Shown: in pieces, positions 30,920-40,978 of the stretch
Layout: each line of letters starts with the position of its first letter
How positions within the stretch are numbered: the stretch's first letter is position 1
Assembly: GCA_016784125.1 (NCBI GenBank)
Contig: JADHVI010000005.1
Span: forward strand, 1-53,932
Direction: 5' to 3'
Source of the DNA: Candidatus Woesearchaeota archaeon
Lineage (GTDB): Archaea > Nanobdellota > Nanobdellia > Woesearchaeales > GCA-2686295
DNA: 53,932 nt
Position numbers and translations under genes: made by a program
Notes under the pieces: generated by a model
Database searches by the model: none
Told to the model about the DNA's origin: nothing
What the model saw: only the letters and a program-made list of their open reading frames with translations

Positions 30920-30976
30920 CTATTCTTCGTCCTCTTCTTCATACATAAATCCGTAGTTGTCGATTTGCCATGCCAT
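30920..30976 (-). CDS. Candidate 18-aa acidic micropeptide MAWQIDNYGFMYEEEDEE
   Basis: ATG 30976 to TAG 30920 read manually; A-rich context before the ATG, upstream hairpin (30987-31009) and TATA-like element near 31030-31039. Confidence 0.45.
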   Translation of the reverse strand: MAWQIDNYGFMYEEEDEE

Positions 30977-31031
30977 TTTATTAGTTTTGTGGGATTACTA
31001 ACTCCACAATTATATTTATGGATTAAGTTAA

Positions 31032-31073
31032 ATATATACTTTGCGTGTATATGAAGTATATGAGTGTATATTT
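31032..31073. promoter_or_regulatory. Cluster of GTATAT boxes upstream of the AbrB-PhoU regulator (candidate operator)
   Basis: GTATATGA at 31047 and 31056, GTATATTT at 31066, and inverted copy ATATATAC at 31032. Confidence 0.4.
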
Positions 31074-31124
31074 TAATAATAAACTATATAAATAACTAAT
31101 TGTTTATGATGTTCGGGTGAAATC

Positions 31125-32054
31125 ATGAGACGAAAAGTCATACAACATAGTCCAACATCTCTCGCTATAACTTTACCTGCAGAATGGGCAAAGAAAAACA
31201 GCATAATAAAAGGTGCAGAAGTAGATGTTTTAGACCAAGGAAATAAACTTACTGTAACAAATTCTGAACAAAAAAAGAGTTTAAAAGAAATTGAAATAGA
31301 TGTTTCTAACTTAGATAGAACTTCTATAATGTTGTCGTTAAGAAATCTTTATAGAGCAGGTTATGATAAAATTCATGTTGTATACAAAAGAGCAGCATTC
31401 GTCCATCATAAAACAGGTAAAATAGTTCATGTAAGTGAAATGATTCACACAAAGCTTCGAAAATTAATGGGGTTTGAGATAATAAGAGAAAAAATGGATT
31501 CTTGCACAATTGCTAATATTAGTGAGGGCTTAAGCGAAGAAATTCCAACTGTTATAAAAAGAATTCATCTCTCATTAGTTGATGTTGCAGAAAGCATATA
31601 TCAGTGTGCAAAAGATAAAGAATTAGAAGATCTTAAAACAATAAGTGATAAAATAGATACTATAATCAGATTCATAAACTATTGCTTACGAACTGCGAAT
31701 AAGGAGCGAGATGAAAAAACACTTAGTTTTACCGAATATCATTCATTAGCCACGTTAGATAGAATAGTATATAATCTTGATTCTTCAGCAAAACAATTAT
31801 TCAGACTTAAAAAAGACGTAAACCTCAAGACATTACTGTCGATTCAAATTACTCTTGAAGCATTGAGAATTTTTAATAAATTCTATAATACTAAAAATTC
31901 TTCATTAATTGTAGAACTAAATAATACACGTTATAAATTAGCAAAAGTAATTGAGTCAAAGTTTAAAGAATTCCCAAAAGAAGAGAAAATCGTATTATTT
32001 AACATGATGCAAACTCATCATCTTTTAGTTGACATAGTTGAAGTTAGAGGGTAA
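31125..32054 (+). CDS. Archaeal AbrB-domain/PhoU-like phosphate-uptake regulator
   Basis: N-terminal RRKVIQ..SLAITLPAEWAK..GAEV AbrB/SpoVT motif, LYRAGYDKI, GFEII, helical PhoU-like C-terminal half. Confidence 0.85.
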   Translation: MRRKVIQHSPTSLAITLPAEWAKKNSIIKGAEVDVLDQGNKLTVTNSEQKKSLKEIEIDVSNLDRTSIMLSLRNLYRAGYDKIHVVYKRAAFVHHKTGKIVHVSEMIHTKLRKLMGFEIIREKMDSCTIANISEGLSEEIPTVIKRIHLSLVDVAESIYQCAKDKELEDLKTISDKIDTIIRFINYCLRTANKERDEKTLSFTEYHSLATLDRIVYNLDSSAKQLFRLKKDVNLKTLLSIQITLEALRIFNKFYNTKNSSLIVELNNTRYKLAKVIESKFKEFPKEEKIVLFNMMQTHHLLVDIVEVRG

Positions 32055-32100
32055 TATTTCTTGAAAAACATTTTTAAAACAGACCTTAGTTCGAGAAAGT

Positions 32101-33780
32101 ATGAACTATTTTGAAGAACTGATAGAATACATCAAAAAAGAGAAGCCAACTAAGAAGAAGTTGAACAATAAAAAGATGGAACTCTGTGGTCTGCTTAAGA
32201 TAAAAAATATTCCTACAGATATAGAAGTTTTCTGTCATGCAAAACAGAAAGATTTAGAAATTTTAAAGAAATATTTGGTTACAAAGCCTACCAGAACAAT
32301 TAGTGGTGTTGCAGTAATTGCTGTAATGAGTGAGCCTAGACCATGTCCACACGGAAGATGTACATACTGCCCTGGAGGCCCTGATAGTGAGTTTGGTAAT
32401 GTTCCACAATCATATACTGGTAATGAACCTTCTACTATGAGAGGAATTAGAAATAATTATGATGCGTACAGAATTGTATTCAACCGTCTTGAGCAATACA
32501 TAGTACTGGGACAAAATCCAGAGAAAGCAGAAGTTATTGTTATGGGTGGAACATTTCTATCTTTTGACAAAGAATACAAAGAAAATTTCATTAGAAATGT
32601 GTTCAAAGCAATGAATGATTTTTCCAAGGAATTCTATGTTTCTGGTCAGATTGATATTGAAAAATTTAAAGAATACTTTGGTTTACCCGGAAAAGTTCAT
32701 GATAAAAAACGCGCAGATATGATAAAAAAGAAAGTTTTGGAATTAAAAGAAAATAACATTAAAACTTTGCAAGAAGAACAAAGAATCAATGAAACAGCTC
32801 AAATCAGATGTGTCGGATTAACATTAGAAACAAAGCCTGATTGGGGGTTATTAGAACAAGGAAATGAAATGCTCAACTATGGTGTTACTAGAGTTGAACT
32901 CGGCATACAAACAACATATGACTCAGTATTGAAAAGCGTAAATAGAGGTCATGGAAACAAAGAAGCCATTGAATCGATAAAAACCTTGAAAGATCTCGGA
33001 TTTAAACTCAATTTTCATATGATGCCTGGACTTCCAGGTGTTGATAAAGACAAAGACATTCATTCATTAAAAGAACTCTTCAAAAACCCTGATTATATGC
33101 CTGATATGCTCAAAGTATACCCGACCCTTGTAATGCCTGGAACACCATTATATTCTGATTATAAAAAAGGATTATATACTCCTATGTCAACTAATGAAGC
33201 AGCAGAAATAATCGTTGAAATGAAGAAAATAGTACCTAAATACTGCAGAATAATGCGAATACAACGAGATATTCCAACAAAATTCACTAGTGCAGGCGTA
33301 GATAGAACTAATTTTAGACAATACATTGAGAAATTACAAGCAAAAAAAGGTGTTAAATGTCATTGTATACGTTGTAGAGAAATAAAAAACGATGAGATTA
33401 CAGGAGAGCCGTTACTTGAAATTATAGAATATGACTCGTCACATGGCAAAGAGTTCTTTATATCAATAAGAGATGAAGCAGATAAATTACTTGGATTTTG
33501 TAGGCTAAGATTTGTTGGAAAGAGTTTAAGATCCGAAATCACTACGAACAGTGCCATAATCCGTGAATTACATGTCTATGGAACTGCTGTTGCTTTGAAA
33601 GCAAAAGGCGATGTACAACACAAAGGCTTTGGACGACAATTAATGGAAAAAGCAGAAGAAATATGCAAAGAGAATAATAAAGAAAAACTCTTGGTTATAA
33701 GCGGCATTGGCGTAAAAGAATACTATAAAAAACTGGGTTATTCTAATGATGGACCATATGTAAGTAAGAGATTAAATTAA
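32101..33780 (+). CDS. elp3: tRNA uridine(34) acetyltransferase Elp3 (radical SAM + GNAT)
   Basis: RTISGVAVIAVM, CPHGRCTYCPGG, MGGTF, ETKPD, RVELGIQ, RIQRDIP, RELHVYG, QHKGFG, VISGIGV. Confidence 0.97.
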   Translation: MNYFEELIEYIKKEKPTKKKLNNKKMELCGLLKIKNIPTDIEVFCHAKQKDLEILKKYLVTKPTRTISGVAVIAVMSEPRPCPHGRCTYCPGGPDSEFGNVPQSYTGNEPSTMRGIRNNYDAYRIVFNRLEQYIVLGQNPEKAEVIVMGGTFLSFDKEYKENFIRNVFKAMNDFSKEFYVSGQIDIEKFKEYFGLPGKVHDKKRADMIKKKVLELKENNIKTLQEEQRINETAQIRCVGLTLETKPDWGLLEQGNEMLNYGVTRVELGIQTTYDSVLKSVNRGHGNKEAIESIKTLKDLGFKLNFHMMPGLPGVDKDKDIHSLKELFKNPDYMPDMLKVYPTLVMPGTPLYSDYKKGLYTPMSTNEAAEIIVEMKKIVPKYCRIMRIQRDIPTKFTSAGVDRTNFRQYIEKLQAKKGVKCHCIRCREIKNDEITGEPLLEIIEYDSSHGKEFFISIRDEADKLLGFCRLRFVGKSLRSEITTNSAIIRELHVYGTAVALKAKGDVQHKGFGRQLMEKAEEICKENNKEKLLVISGIGVKEYYKKLGYSNDGPYVSKRLN

Positions 33781-33790
33781 AATTAAAAAA

Positions 33791-34129
33791 TTATTTCAAT
33801 TGTTTTACAACAAAAGTTAATATCTCAATTCTGTGCTTGTCTTTTGTCTTCGCTTTTCTGATTTTCTTCGCGAGTGGTTTCTCATCAAAAACATGTTCTA
33901 TCCAATCTGCAAAGTGGTTAAAATCACTTGAGACATGGTGTTCAAACACTTCATCCGCCATCATGTCAATTGCATCTGATAGTTGAAGAATATCATCACA
34001 AGAAGTGCCATCTGAAAAGAAAAACGCGAGTTCCGGATTAACTTTTTTCAGACCTTTCTTTTTTGTAGAAGTTTTCTTAGTTGGAGCTTTGTTAATTAGT
34101 TTTTTTTGAGAAGATATTTTTTTTGACAA
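33791..34129 (-). CDS. DUF5752-like small protein
   Basis: FFFSDG...FEHHV...NHFADWIEHVF..LAKKI pattern; probable TTG start at 34129 after SD GAGGTGA. Confidence 0.65.
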   Translation of the reverse strand: MSKKISSQKKLINKAPTKKTSTKKKGLKKVNPELAFFFSDGTSCDDILQLSDAIDMMADEVFEHHVSSDFNHFADWIEHVFDEKPLAKKIRKAKTKDKHRIEILTFVVKQLK

Positions 34130-34220
34130 TAACCTCACCTCAAGAAGATAATAGTGCTTGTTGTATTTATACTTTATCATTTTGAGAATATTTTTAAAAC
34201 AACTTCATTTCATATTCTCT

Positions 34221-35174
34221 ATGCTCGAAACAATCCCCCGATCAGCGGATATAATAATAAAAGATAAATTTGTAGAACGATACAAAGCTTTACTCGGTAA
34301 GGATTATGATACTTTCATGAAATATTCTTTCGCATATATTAGAAAGACAATAAGAGTCAATACATTGAAAGCAAAAGTTTCTGATGTAAAAAAAAGTCTT
34401 TCAAAGGATTGGGAATTAGAACAAGTGCCTTGGTGTAAGGAAGGATTCTGGATAAAGTATAGAGTTGGCAAGAGGTTTGATATTGGAAATACGCCTGAAC
34501 ATCAATTAGGAAGAATATATGTACAAGACGCCGCTAGCATGATTCCAGCAATAGTTCTTAATCCAAAATCCGGAGATATGGTTTTAGATATGTGTGCCGC
34601 TCCAGGCAGTAAAACAACACAATTAGCACAATATATGAAAAATAAAGGTTTACTTATAGCAAACGATTCCAGCGGAAAGAGATTAAGCGCGTTAGGAATT
34701 AATCTTACAAGGTGTGGAGTTCACAATACTATAATTACTCTGCAACAAGGGAACTATTATAGAAAAATACAGCAATTTGATAAGGTTTTAGTTGATGCAC
34801 CATGCTCGGCATCTGGAACTATAAGAAGAAGCCTAAAAGCCTTATCAATGTGGAGTCCTGGTCTGGTTAGAAAAATGGCCTCGATTCAAAAACAGCTCAT
34901 CCAGGCAGGTTTTATGGCTCTAAAACCAGGTGGAACAATGGTTTATAGTACCTGCACTCAGGAACTTGAAGAAAACGAAGCAATGGTGTCCTATTTATTG
35001 TCAAAGTATGAAGATGCTAAACTAGAAGAAATCAAACTAGATATTAAACGAAGCAAACCAATAACAAAATTTGAAAACCTTGAAATAAGCCCTGAAGTTA
35101 AAAAATGTTTAAGAATCTATCCTCAAGACAATGACACAGAAGGTTTCTTTATTGCCAAGATAAAAAAACTTTGA
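34221..35174 (+). CDS. RsmB/NOP2/NSUN family RNA m5C methyltransferase
   Basis: IRVNTLK, QDAASM, VLDMCAAPGSKT, DAPCS, YSTC, ENE, GFFIAK; start at ATG 34221. Confidence 0.95.
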   Translation: MLETIPRSADIIIKDKFVERYKALLGKDYDTFMKYSFAYIRKTIRVNTLKAKVSDVKKSLSKDWELEQVPWCKEGFWIKYRVGKRFDIGNTPEHQLGRIYVQDAASMIPAIVLNPKSGDMVLDMCAAPGSKTTQLAQYMKNKGLLIANDSSGKRLSALGINLTRCGVHNTIITLQQGNYYRKIQQFDKVLVDAPCSASGTIRRSLKALSMWSPGLVRKMASIQKQLIQAGFMALKPGGTMVYSTCTQELEENEAMVSYLLSKYEDAKLEEIKLDIKRSKPITKFENLEISPEVKKCLRIYPQDNDTEGFFIAKIKKL

Positions 35175-35230
35175 AAATAAGGAAACCAAAGTAAAACTTT
35201 TTAAAATACTTTTATTTCTTTCTCAAAACA

Positions 35231-36088
35231 ATGAGTACAGAAGCTGCCATGGGCGAACAAACAACTTTAGATTTTGTAACTACACAAAGTGGACAGAGTT
35301 ATAATGATGTAAGACATAATTGGTCACAATTATTTGAAGATATGAATGATATAGTAACAAACCACGTGAGCCATAGATGGGAAACTCTCCAATCAAGATT
35401 TCAGAAGGGTCTAAATATGCTTCATCATATAAAAACTTATGATGGTACCACAACCCTTCACATATTGCAAAATTTAGACGAAACTTTTGAATATATTTCT
35501 ATTAGAGATTTAAAACCACACGTAAGAACAATTATGAATAAAAAAGAAGGTGGTTTAGAAGAAAATCTTCTTCATACTTTTAAACAAGAATTGTTAGAAT
35601 ATAGAGATCAATGTTTCAAAGGCTGTTACCAGTTAAATGATAAATTAGTATCAGGAATGGCTTCTGAAACTAGTGATTTACAAAAAATAATTGATGATCC
35701 TCATATCAGAATTATACAAGGAGAACAAAAAAGCGAATCAATGTGGTATTGGAACCATAGAATGAATACAATAACTTCTTTAGTTGATTCACTTCAAGCA
35801 AAAGTAGAGCATAATGGTGTTGAAATGCTATCTTTACATGATTTAGATACTATTAGATATGCTGCTGAATACTTAGTGCAAAATAGATCTTTAAACAACC
35901 ATGCTGAACTACGAGAGCAGAGAGCTGAGAACATCACTAAATTAAGCAATATGTATCATGCAGCAGTTAAGTATAGAGATTTGCCTGAAGCATTAAAACC
36001 TGTGCCACCTGCAAAACAAGTCTCAAAACCAAAATTTACAAAGAATCCAATTAAATACATAAAAAGTTTAGTTGCAACTTATAATTAA
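35231..36088 (+). CDS. Hypothetical protein
   Basis: 285-aa helical-looking ORF with an upstream TATA-like TTTTTAAA. Confidence 0.7.
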   Translation: MSTEAAMGEQTTLDFVTTQSGQSYNDVRHNWSQLFEDMNDIVTNHVSHRWETLQSRFQKGLNMLHHIKTYDGTTTLHILQNLDETFEYISIRDLKPHVRTIMNKKEGGLEENLLHTFKQELLEYRDQCFKGCYQLNDKLVSGMASETSDLQKIIDDPHIRIIQGEQKSESMWYWNHRMNTITSLVDSLQAKVEHNGVEMLSLHDLDTIRYAAEYLVQNRSLNNHAELREQRAENITKLSNMYHAAVKYRDLPEALKPVPPAKQVSKPKFTKNPIKYIKSLVATYN

Positions 36089-36090
36089 TT

Positions 36091-38934
36091 CTAAGAATCA
36101 GATTGTTCTAATAAATACTTGTCAATCATTTGAATAGTTAATCCATGACTTTGTGTTTTCTGTAAATAGTTATCTAAAGGATTACCGGGATTATTGGAAA
36201 AGACATCTTCTTTTGCATCACCACCTAATCCTATTACAGGTGTATGCTCATAACCCCTCTCTTGTTCAACGCTTCGTAAAATATCTGCAAGCATAAAACC
36301 AGTATCAATTTTTCCATGTAAGCCAATATCTGTGATTACTACACTAGGCTGTTCTTTTTTGAATAATTTTACTGCTTCTTCCCCAGATTCAACTCCTATT
36401 GCATTATAACCTGCCATATTTAGAATTCTTGGCACCAATCTGACCATGCCAGGATCGTCATCTACAAATAAAACTATATGTTTGCTTCTTAGATTAGAAT
36501 CATACATTTCTATTGCTTCCGCAGCAGTTATAATTCGCTCTGCTTCTAAAACACCCTCTCTTAAAGGCAACGTAAATCCAAAGGTTGAACCCTTTCCAAG
36601 CTCAGATGTTACGTATGCTTCTCCACCCCATTGTTCAGCATATCCTTTAACTATGGACAATCCTTTACCAACACCTGCAGACACACCTAACTGTTTACCT
36701 GCATCTAGTTGTTTAAAAGGTTCGAAAATCCCATCTAAATCTTCTTGTCTAATTCCACAACCAGTATCTTTAACATAAAAATCGAGTGTTTTATCATCTT
36801 TCAATCTTACACCAAGTTCAATAGAACCTTCATCAGTAAATTTAACTGCATTAGTCCCTAAATTATCAAATAATTCAACAACTTTTACATAATCAGCAAT
36901 GACATCTGTTGGTAAATTTTCTGGCAGATTTAATTTAATATCTATGGGCTTTTCTTGATTTCTAACAAGCGCTTTCACACCCATAACCACATCCAATAAA
37001 ATCTCTTGTAAATTCAAATTATTTTCTCTTAATTCAATAATTCCTGACCCTATGGAAGTTGATTTTAAGATATCGTTATTTAAAGCTAATAAGTATTCTG
37101 ATCTCCTTGTAATGGTTTCTAACATCATATCTCTTTTTTTAGCAGGCATATCAGGCTTTGATTTTAATTCTGCAGCATAAGAAGTCATTATTGTTAAAGG
37201 AGTTCTAACATCATGTGCCAAAGTTGATAAATATTTAGTTTTATAACTATCTGCTCTTTCAGCCGATTTTTTTGCCTGAAGCAAAGCTTCTACGGCTTTT
37301 GCTCGATCAGATATATCTAAAATTGTACCTTGAACAGTTTGACCATCATCTAGAAGCAACGATGATTCCAGAACAGAAATAGAAGTTCCATCTTTTTTTC
37401 TCAAAATTAGTTCTTGACTGATGAAAGGACCTTTTTTTATTGCATCTACAAACTCAGATCTATCCGAATCTGAATCATATAGATTTTTTGCATCAAAACC
37501 CACTAACTCATCTTTTGAACTATAACCAAATAAATCGACAAGAGCCTGATTACAATCTAAAATTTTACCTGTTTTCAAATCGCTTCTAAAGACTGCGGCA
37601 ATATTATTCTGAAACAATGATTTGTATTTTTCTTCGCTTTCCTTTAAAGCTCTGTTCGTTTCATTTTGTGCGGTTATATCCATCGCACTACCAACAGCAC
37701 CAATCATATTGCCATCTCTATCATTGATTGGTGCCGTTGACAAATGAATATCAATTTTTCTACCGTCCTTGGTAACATTCTGTAAATCACCTCTCCAACC
37801 TTCACCCCCATCTACAGTTTTTGGATGTATACTGTTTACTTCGGATAAATCATTATCAACAATATCTTGGGGTCTAACTATGTTTATGTTTTTTCCAATC
37901 ATTTCATCCAGAGAACTATATCCATACATCTCTAAAAAAGCCAGATTTACATAAGTTATATTGTTGTTCATATCAGTAAATGATATTGCATTTTGATTAT
38001 TTTCTACAGCTGAAAGTGCTTGATACATTCTTTCTTCCAAAAGCCTTCTTTCAGTTACATCCCGAATAGTACCAATCATTCGTGTAGGTTGTTCTTCAAC
38101 AAAATCTTTTAAAGTTCCATCGCCATGAACCCACCTAGTTTGTTGATCTTCTGGTCTTAAAATTCTATATTCCTTATTAAAATGTTCATGGTTTGTTAAT
38201 ATATTCTGTGTTAAATACTCTCGCATCATTTCTCTATCATCAGGATGCACTATATTCAACCATCCTTCAGAAGTTCTAACATAATTTTTATCAATACCAA
38301 AGATTTTGTCCAAAACAGGCGTACTTTCCCAGAAATTATTAGTGATAAGGAATTCATAACTTCCAAGACCGGCAACTTCTTGTGCTTCTCTAAGTAAAGT
38401 TTCACTTTTCAATAATGTGGCATCCTGCTCTATGCGTTCAGAAATATCTCTAACAGCCCCTAAAATATACCAGTTCCAACCAATTCTTAGTAATAAATTC
38501 ACAATTTCAACTGTTTTAGGACCATTAGGAGTTATTACTGTGTACTCGTCAGGTCCTATCTGTCCATCTTTAATTAACTTACCAATGTTATTTTTTGCAA
38601 ATCGTGCATCTTCTTCTGATAAAAAACCGTCTGTAAGAAAATTTTTCCCAACTGCATCTTCTAAAGGAATTCCGATAATCTTTGTCGCTGCAGGGTTGCC
38701 ATATAAAAATTTGGCTGTAATACTAGCAAGATAATAACCATCAGGTAATATATCAAGAATCGAAGTAAGTCTCTTAAAACCTTTTTTAGGCCACATAAAT
38801 GATGAAACAGAATTAGCAATTGTTGCTAATGTTTCAGGAACTGCAATACTTTCTTCCCAGACTTTCAAATCTCTAAACAATTCTGGGTTTTCAATCCCAT
38901 GTCTTTCTAAAATTTGATCTAAACCTGTTTTCAT
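36091..38934 (-). CDS. Cytoplasmic hybrid sensor histidine kinase (about 4 PAS domains, HisKA, HATPase, REC)
   Basis: PAS/PAC ends RDISER, RDVTER, MDITAQ, LDISDR; H-box LAHDVRTPL; N-box NAVKFT; DTGCGI, IFEPF, GVGKGL; receiver FVDDD...ITDIGL. Confidence 0.95.
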   Translation of the reverse strand: MKTGLDQILERHGIENPELFRDLKVWEESIAVPETLATIANSVSSFMWPKKGFKRLTSILDILPDGYYLASITAKFLYGNPAATKIIGIPLEDAVGKNFLTDGFLSEEDARFAKNNIGKLIKDGQIGPDEYTVITPNGPKTVEIVNLLLRIGWNWYILGAVRDISERIEQDATLLKSETLLREAQEVAGLGSYEFLITNNFWESTPVLDKIFGIDKNYVRTSEGWLNIVHPDDREMMREYLTQNILTNHEHFNKEYRILRPEDQQTRWVHGDGTLKDFVEEQPTRMIGTIRDVTERRLLEERMYQALSAVENNQNAISFTDMNNNITYVNLAFLEMYGYSSLDEMIGKNINIVRPQDIVDNDLSEVNSIHPKTVDGGEGWRGDLQNVTKDGRKIDIHLSTAPINDRDGNMIGAVGSAMDITAQNETNRALKESEEKYKSLFQNNIAAVFRSDLKTGKILDCNQALVDLFGYSSKDELVGFDAKNLYDSDSDRSEFVDAIKKGPFISQELILRKKDGTSISVLESSLLLDDGQTVQGTILDISDRAKAVEALLQAKKSAERADSYKTKYLSTLAHDVRTPLTIMTSYAAELKSKPDMPAKKRDMMLETITRRSEYLLALNNDILKSTSIGSGIIELRENNLNLQEILLDVVMGVKALVRNQEKPIDIKLNLPENLPTDVIADYVKVVELFDNLGTNAVKFTDEGSIELGVRLKDDKTLDFYVKDTGCGIRQEDLDGIFEPFKQLDAGKQLGVSAGVGKGLSIVKGYAEQWGGEAYVTSELGKGSTFGFTLPLREGVLEAERIITAAEAIEMYDSNLRSKHIVLFVDDDPGMVRLVPRILNMAGYNAIGVESGEEAVKLFKKEQPSVVITDIGLHGKIDTGFMLADILRSVEQERGYEHTPVIGLGGDAKEDVFSNNPGNPLDNYLQKTQSHGLTIQMIDKYLLEQSDS

Positions 38935-39016
38935 ATATTACACCAACACATAAAACTATTACTGTTGGATAGTAAAAACTAGCTTTATATATAAACATTT
39001 CTAAAAAAAGAACGAA

Positions 39017-39454
39017 TTACTTCCTTGCTTTTTCTAATTTACCGTGAAGAAGTCCTTTAAGTGACTGATCATTAACTTTGATAACTTGCCATCTAACACC
39101 AGGCATATCTCCTTTAGAACGACCCATTGTACCACCAATGCACTCAATGAAAACTTCATCGTGTTCATCAATAAGCTTAGATGCACCGTCACCAGGACAG
39201 AAAGCAGTAACATGTTTACCATTCTTAATCAATTGAACTCTAACACATTTTCTCATAGCAGAGTTTGGCTGTTTAGCTTCTAATTGAACTTTTTCTAGAA
39301 CTATTCCTGAAGCTTGTGAAGTACCTCCTAGAGGATCTGATTTCTTTTTCAAGCCAAAAGTCTTCTTAACAAACCACTTATCTGAGTACCTTGAAGTCTT
39401 TCTTCTCTTCTGCAACTTCTTTCCAGCGTTTATACCTTGTGATTTACTAGCCAT
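39017..39454 (-). CDS. rpsL: 30S ribosomal protein uS12 (archaeal type)
   Basis: [30 protein letters not shown]; own TATA TTTATAAA at about 39480-39487. Confidence 0.99.
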   Translation of the reverse strand: MASKSQGINAGKKLQKRRKTSRYSDKWFVKKTFGLKKKSDPLGGTSQASGIVLEKVQLEAKQPNSAMRKCVRVQLIKNGKHVTAFCPGDGASKLIDEHDEVFIECIGGTMGRSKGDMPGVRWQVIKVNDQSLKGLLHGKLEKARK

Positions 39455-39489
39455 TCTTATCCTCAGAAACAGCCGCCCCTTTATAAATA

Positions 39490-40215
39490 TTACTCTTTAT
39501 CATTATGTTGCTGATGACGTGGGTTTGCATTCATAAAATCTGACCCATATTCGTTTATCAATCCTTCTCGAACTCGCCCTAATTCCTCTGATTTTGACTC
39601 AATAGTAAGTTTATCTGTAAATAGCTCTTTAGGAAAAGTTATATCTGCACTTTCAGAATAAAGGTGAAGTCCAAGGTTGCAACCTTCAATATATTCATAT
39701 ACAATAATTCCTTTTAATTTTAAAATGTATAAGGATTTGTAAGAAGAAGTTCTATTTCCACTTCGTGGCGCTCCAGGACTATAGGAGTGTACTTCATTTT
39801 TGTGTTCTACATAACTAAAATCACTTAATTTAACTTTATAAAATTTAAAATGTGCTTCATTAATTTTTTTCTTTAAGAAGTCTTTTTTTCGTTGAAGTAG
39901 ACTTCTTTTTTGGCGATTTTCTAGCCAAGTACGTCTGAGTGCATATACCCTATCTTCAATTATATCCATTTGTAGTTTGTCATATTCATAAAAGAATGTA
40001 AATGCATCCTTTCCAGGATATATTTTGTATTCCTTTGTCTTTAAAGTATCTTGCAACTCTTTAAAATTTTGTTCCAAAGAACTGTATTCAGCAATCTGTT
40101 CTTTCCATGCATCTTCAAGCCTTTGCAGTTCACTTTCTCTAGCTTGCTGCTCATTTAAAGCAATATTTCTTGCATGTCTTGCTTGACTATTATTTATATG
40201 TTCCTCTAAACCCAT
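39490..40215 (-). CDS. Hypothetical coiled-coil protein inserted between nusA and rps12
   Basis: 241-aa ORF with a heptad-rich N-terminus and its own TATA-like TTTAAATA near 40236-40243. Confidence 0.7.
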   Translation of the reverse strand: MGLEEHINNSQARHARNIALNEQQARESELQRLEDAWKEQIAEYSSLEQNFKELQDTLKTKEYKIYPGKDAFTFFYEYDKLQMDIIEDRVYALRRTWLENRQKRSLLQRKKDFLKKKINEAHFKFYKVKLSDFSYVEHKNEVHSYSPGAPRSGNRTSSYKSLYILKLKGIIVYEYIEGCNLGLHLYSESADITFPKELFTDKLTIESKSEELGRVREGLINEYGSDFMNANPRHQQHNDKE

Positions 40216-40256
40216 AAGAACTAGTAATTAAACTATATTTAAATATCTTAGTAGAA

Positions 40257-40670
40257 CTAAATAACTTTTATCTCATTTAGTGCAGGGAAGTATTTCTTAA
40301 CAATCTCTTCTGTTTCTCTTAGATTCTTTGCTTTTGAACCAATCATTAAACCCTTTGTTTTAGTATCTGGCCCAACAATAGTTACTATGTCTTCTTCGTC
40401 TGTAATCTTAACTACCTTTAAAGGTGCAATTAAGTTTATGATGAAATTCAACATATCTTCGTTAAATTCAATAATTCTAATTGGTCTTTGGAACAATTTC
40501 TCTAATTTAAGCAAATTCGCCTTATTTTTACCTAATGCCTTAGTAAGTTGTCCAGGCTGAACCATATAAGTGGGTTTATCTTTAAATGTAAAGAATTCTT
40601 TTACTTGAGTGCCTGTAATTTTCTCAAAGAGATTGATTTGTCTGATTAGATCTGTATCGTATTTAATCAT
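40257..40670 (-). CDS. nusA: Archaeal NusA (KH domains)
   Basis: LFEKITG, KALGKNKAN, KGLMIGSKAKNL; conserved position after rpl30e. Confidence 0.92.
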   Translation of the reverse strand: MIKYDTDLIRQINLFEKITGTQVKEFFTFKDKPTYMVQPGQLTKALGKNKANLLKLEKLFQRPIRIIEFNEDMLNFIINLIAPLKVVKITDEEDIVTIVGPDTKTKGLMIGSKAKNLRETEEIVKKYFPALNEIKVI

Positions 40671-40921
40671 TTTAGAATTCCAACAACAGCTACTGAAAAT
40701 GGTTTTTTACATACAGTTCCTAATTCATCATTAGGAATATCTAGTTTTTCAATTTTTACTTCTGAGAAGTTTGCGAAATGTTCTATTTCTCCAAATACAT
40801 CTTTGTTGCAGTTTGATGCCAGGATAACCTTTTCAATTTTTCCCGCTTTCAAATACTTCAATACTCTATCAGCTCCAATGATGAGCTTCTCGCTTCCTAT
40901 TAATTTCTTTATTTCTATCAA
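40667..40921 (-). CDS. rpl30e: 50S ribosomal protein eL30
   Basis: KLIIGADRVLK, VILASNC, ELGTVCKKPFSVAVVGI; probable TTG start at 40921 after AGGTGG (GTG 40930 is an alternative). Confidence 0.93.
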   Translation of the reverse strand: MIEIKKLIGSEKLIIGADRVLKYLKAGKIEKVILASNCNKDVFGEIEHFANFSEVKIEKLDIPNDELGTVCKKPFSVAVVGILK

Positions 40922-40938
40922 AATTTCCACCTTATAAA

Positions 40939-40971
40939 TTTTGGGAGATCCCAAAAATCTTCATATTTTTG
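40939..40971. repeat. Overlapping two-hairpin module (copy 4) between rpoA'' and rpl30e
   Basis: TTTTGGGA-GA-TCCCAAAA (40939-40956) overlapping CAAAAAT-CTTCAT-ATTTTTG (40952-40971). Confidence 0.55.
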
Positions 40972-40978
40972 TTATCTT

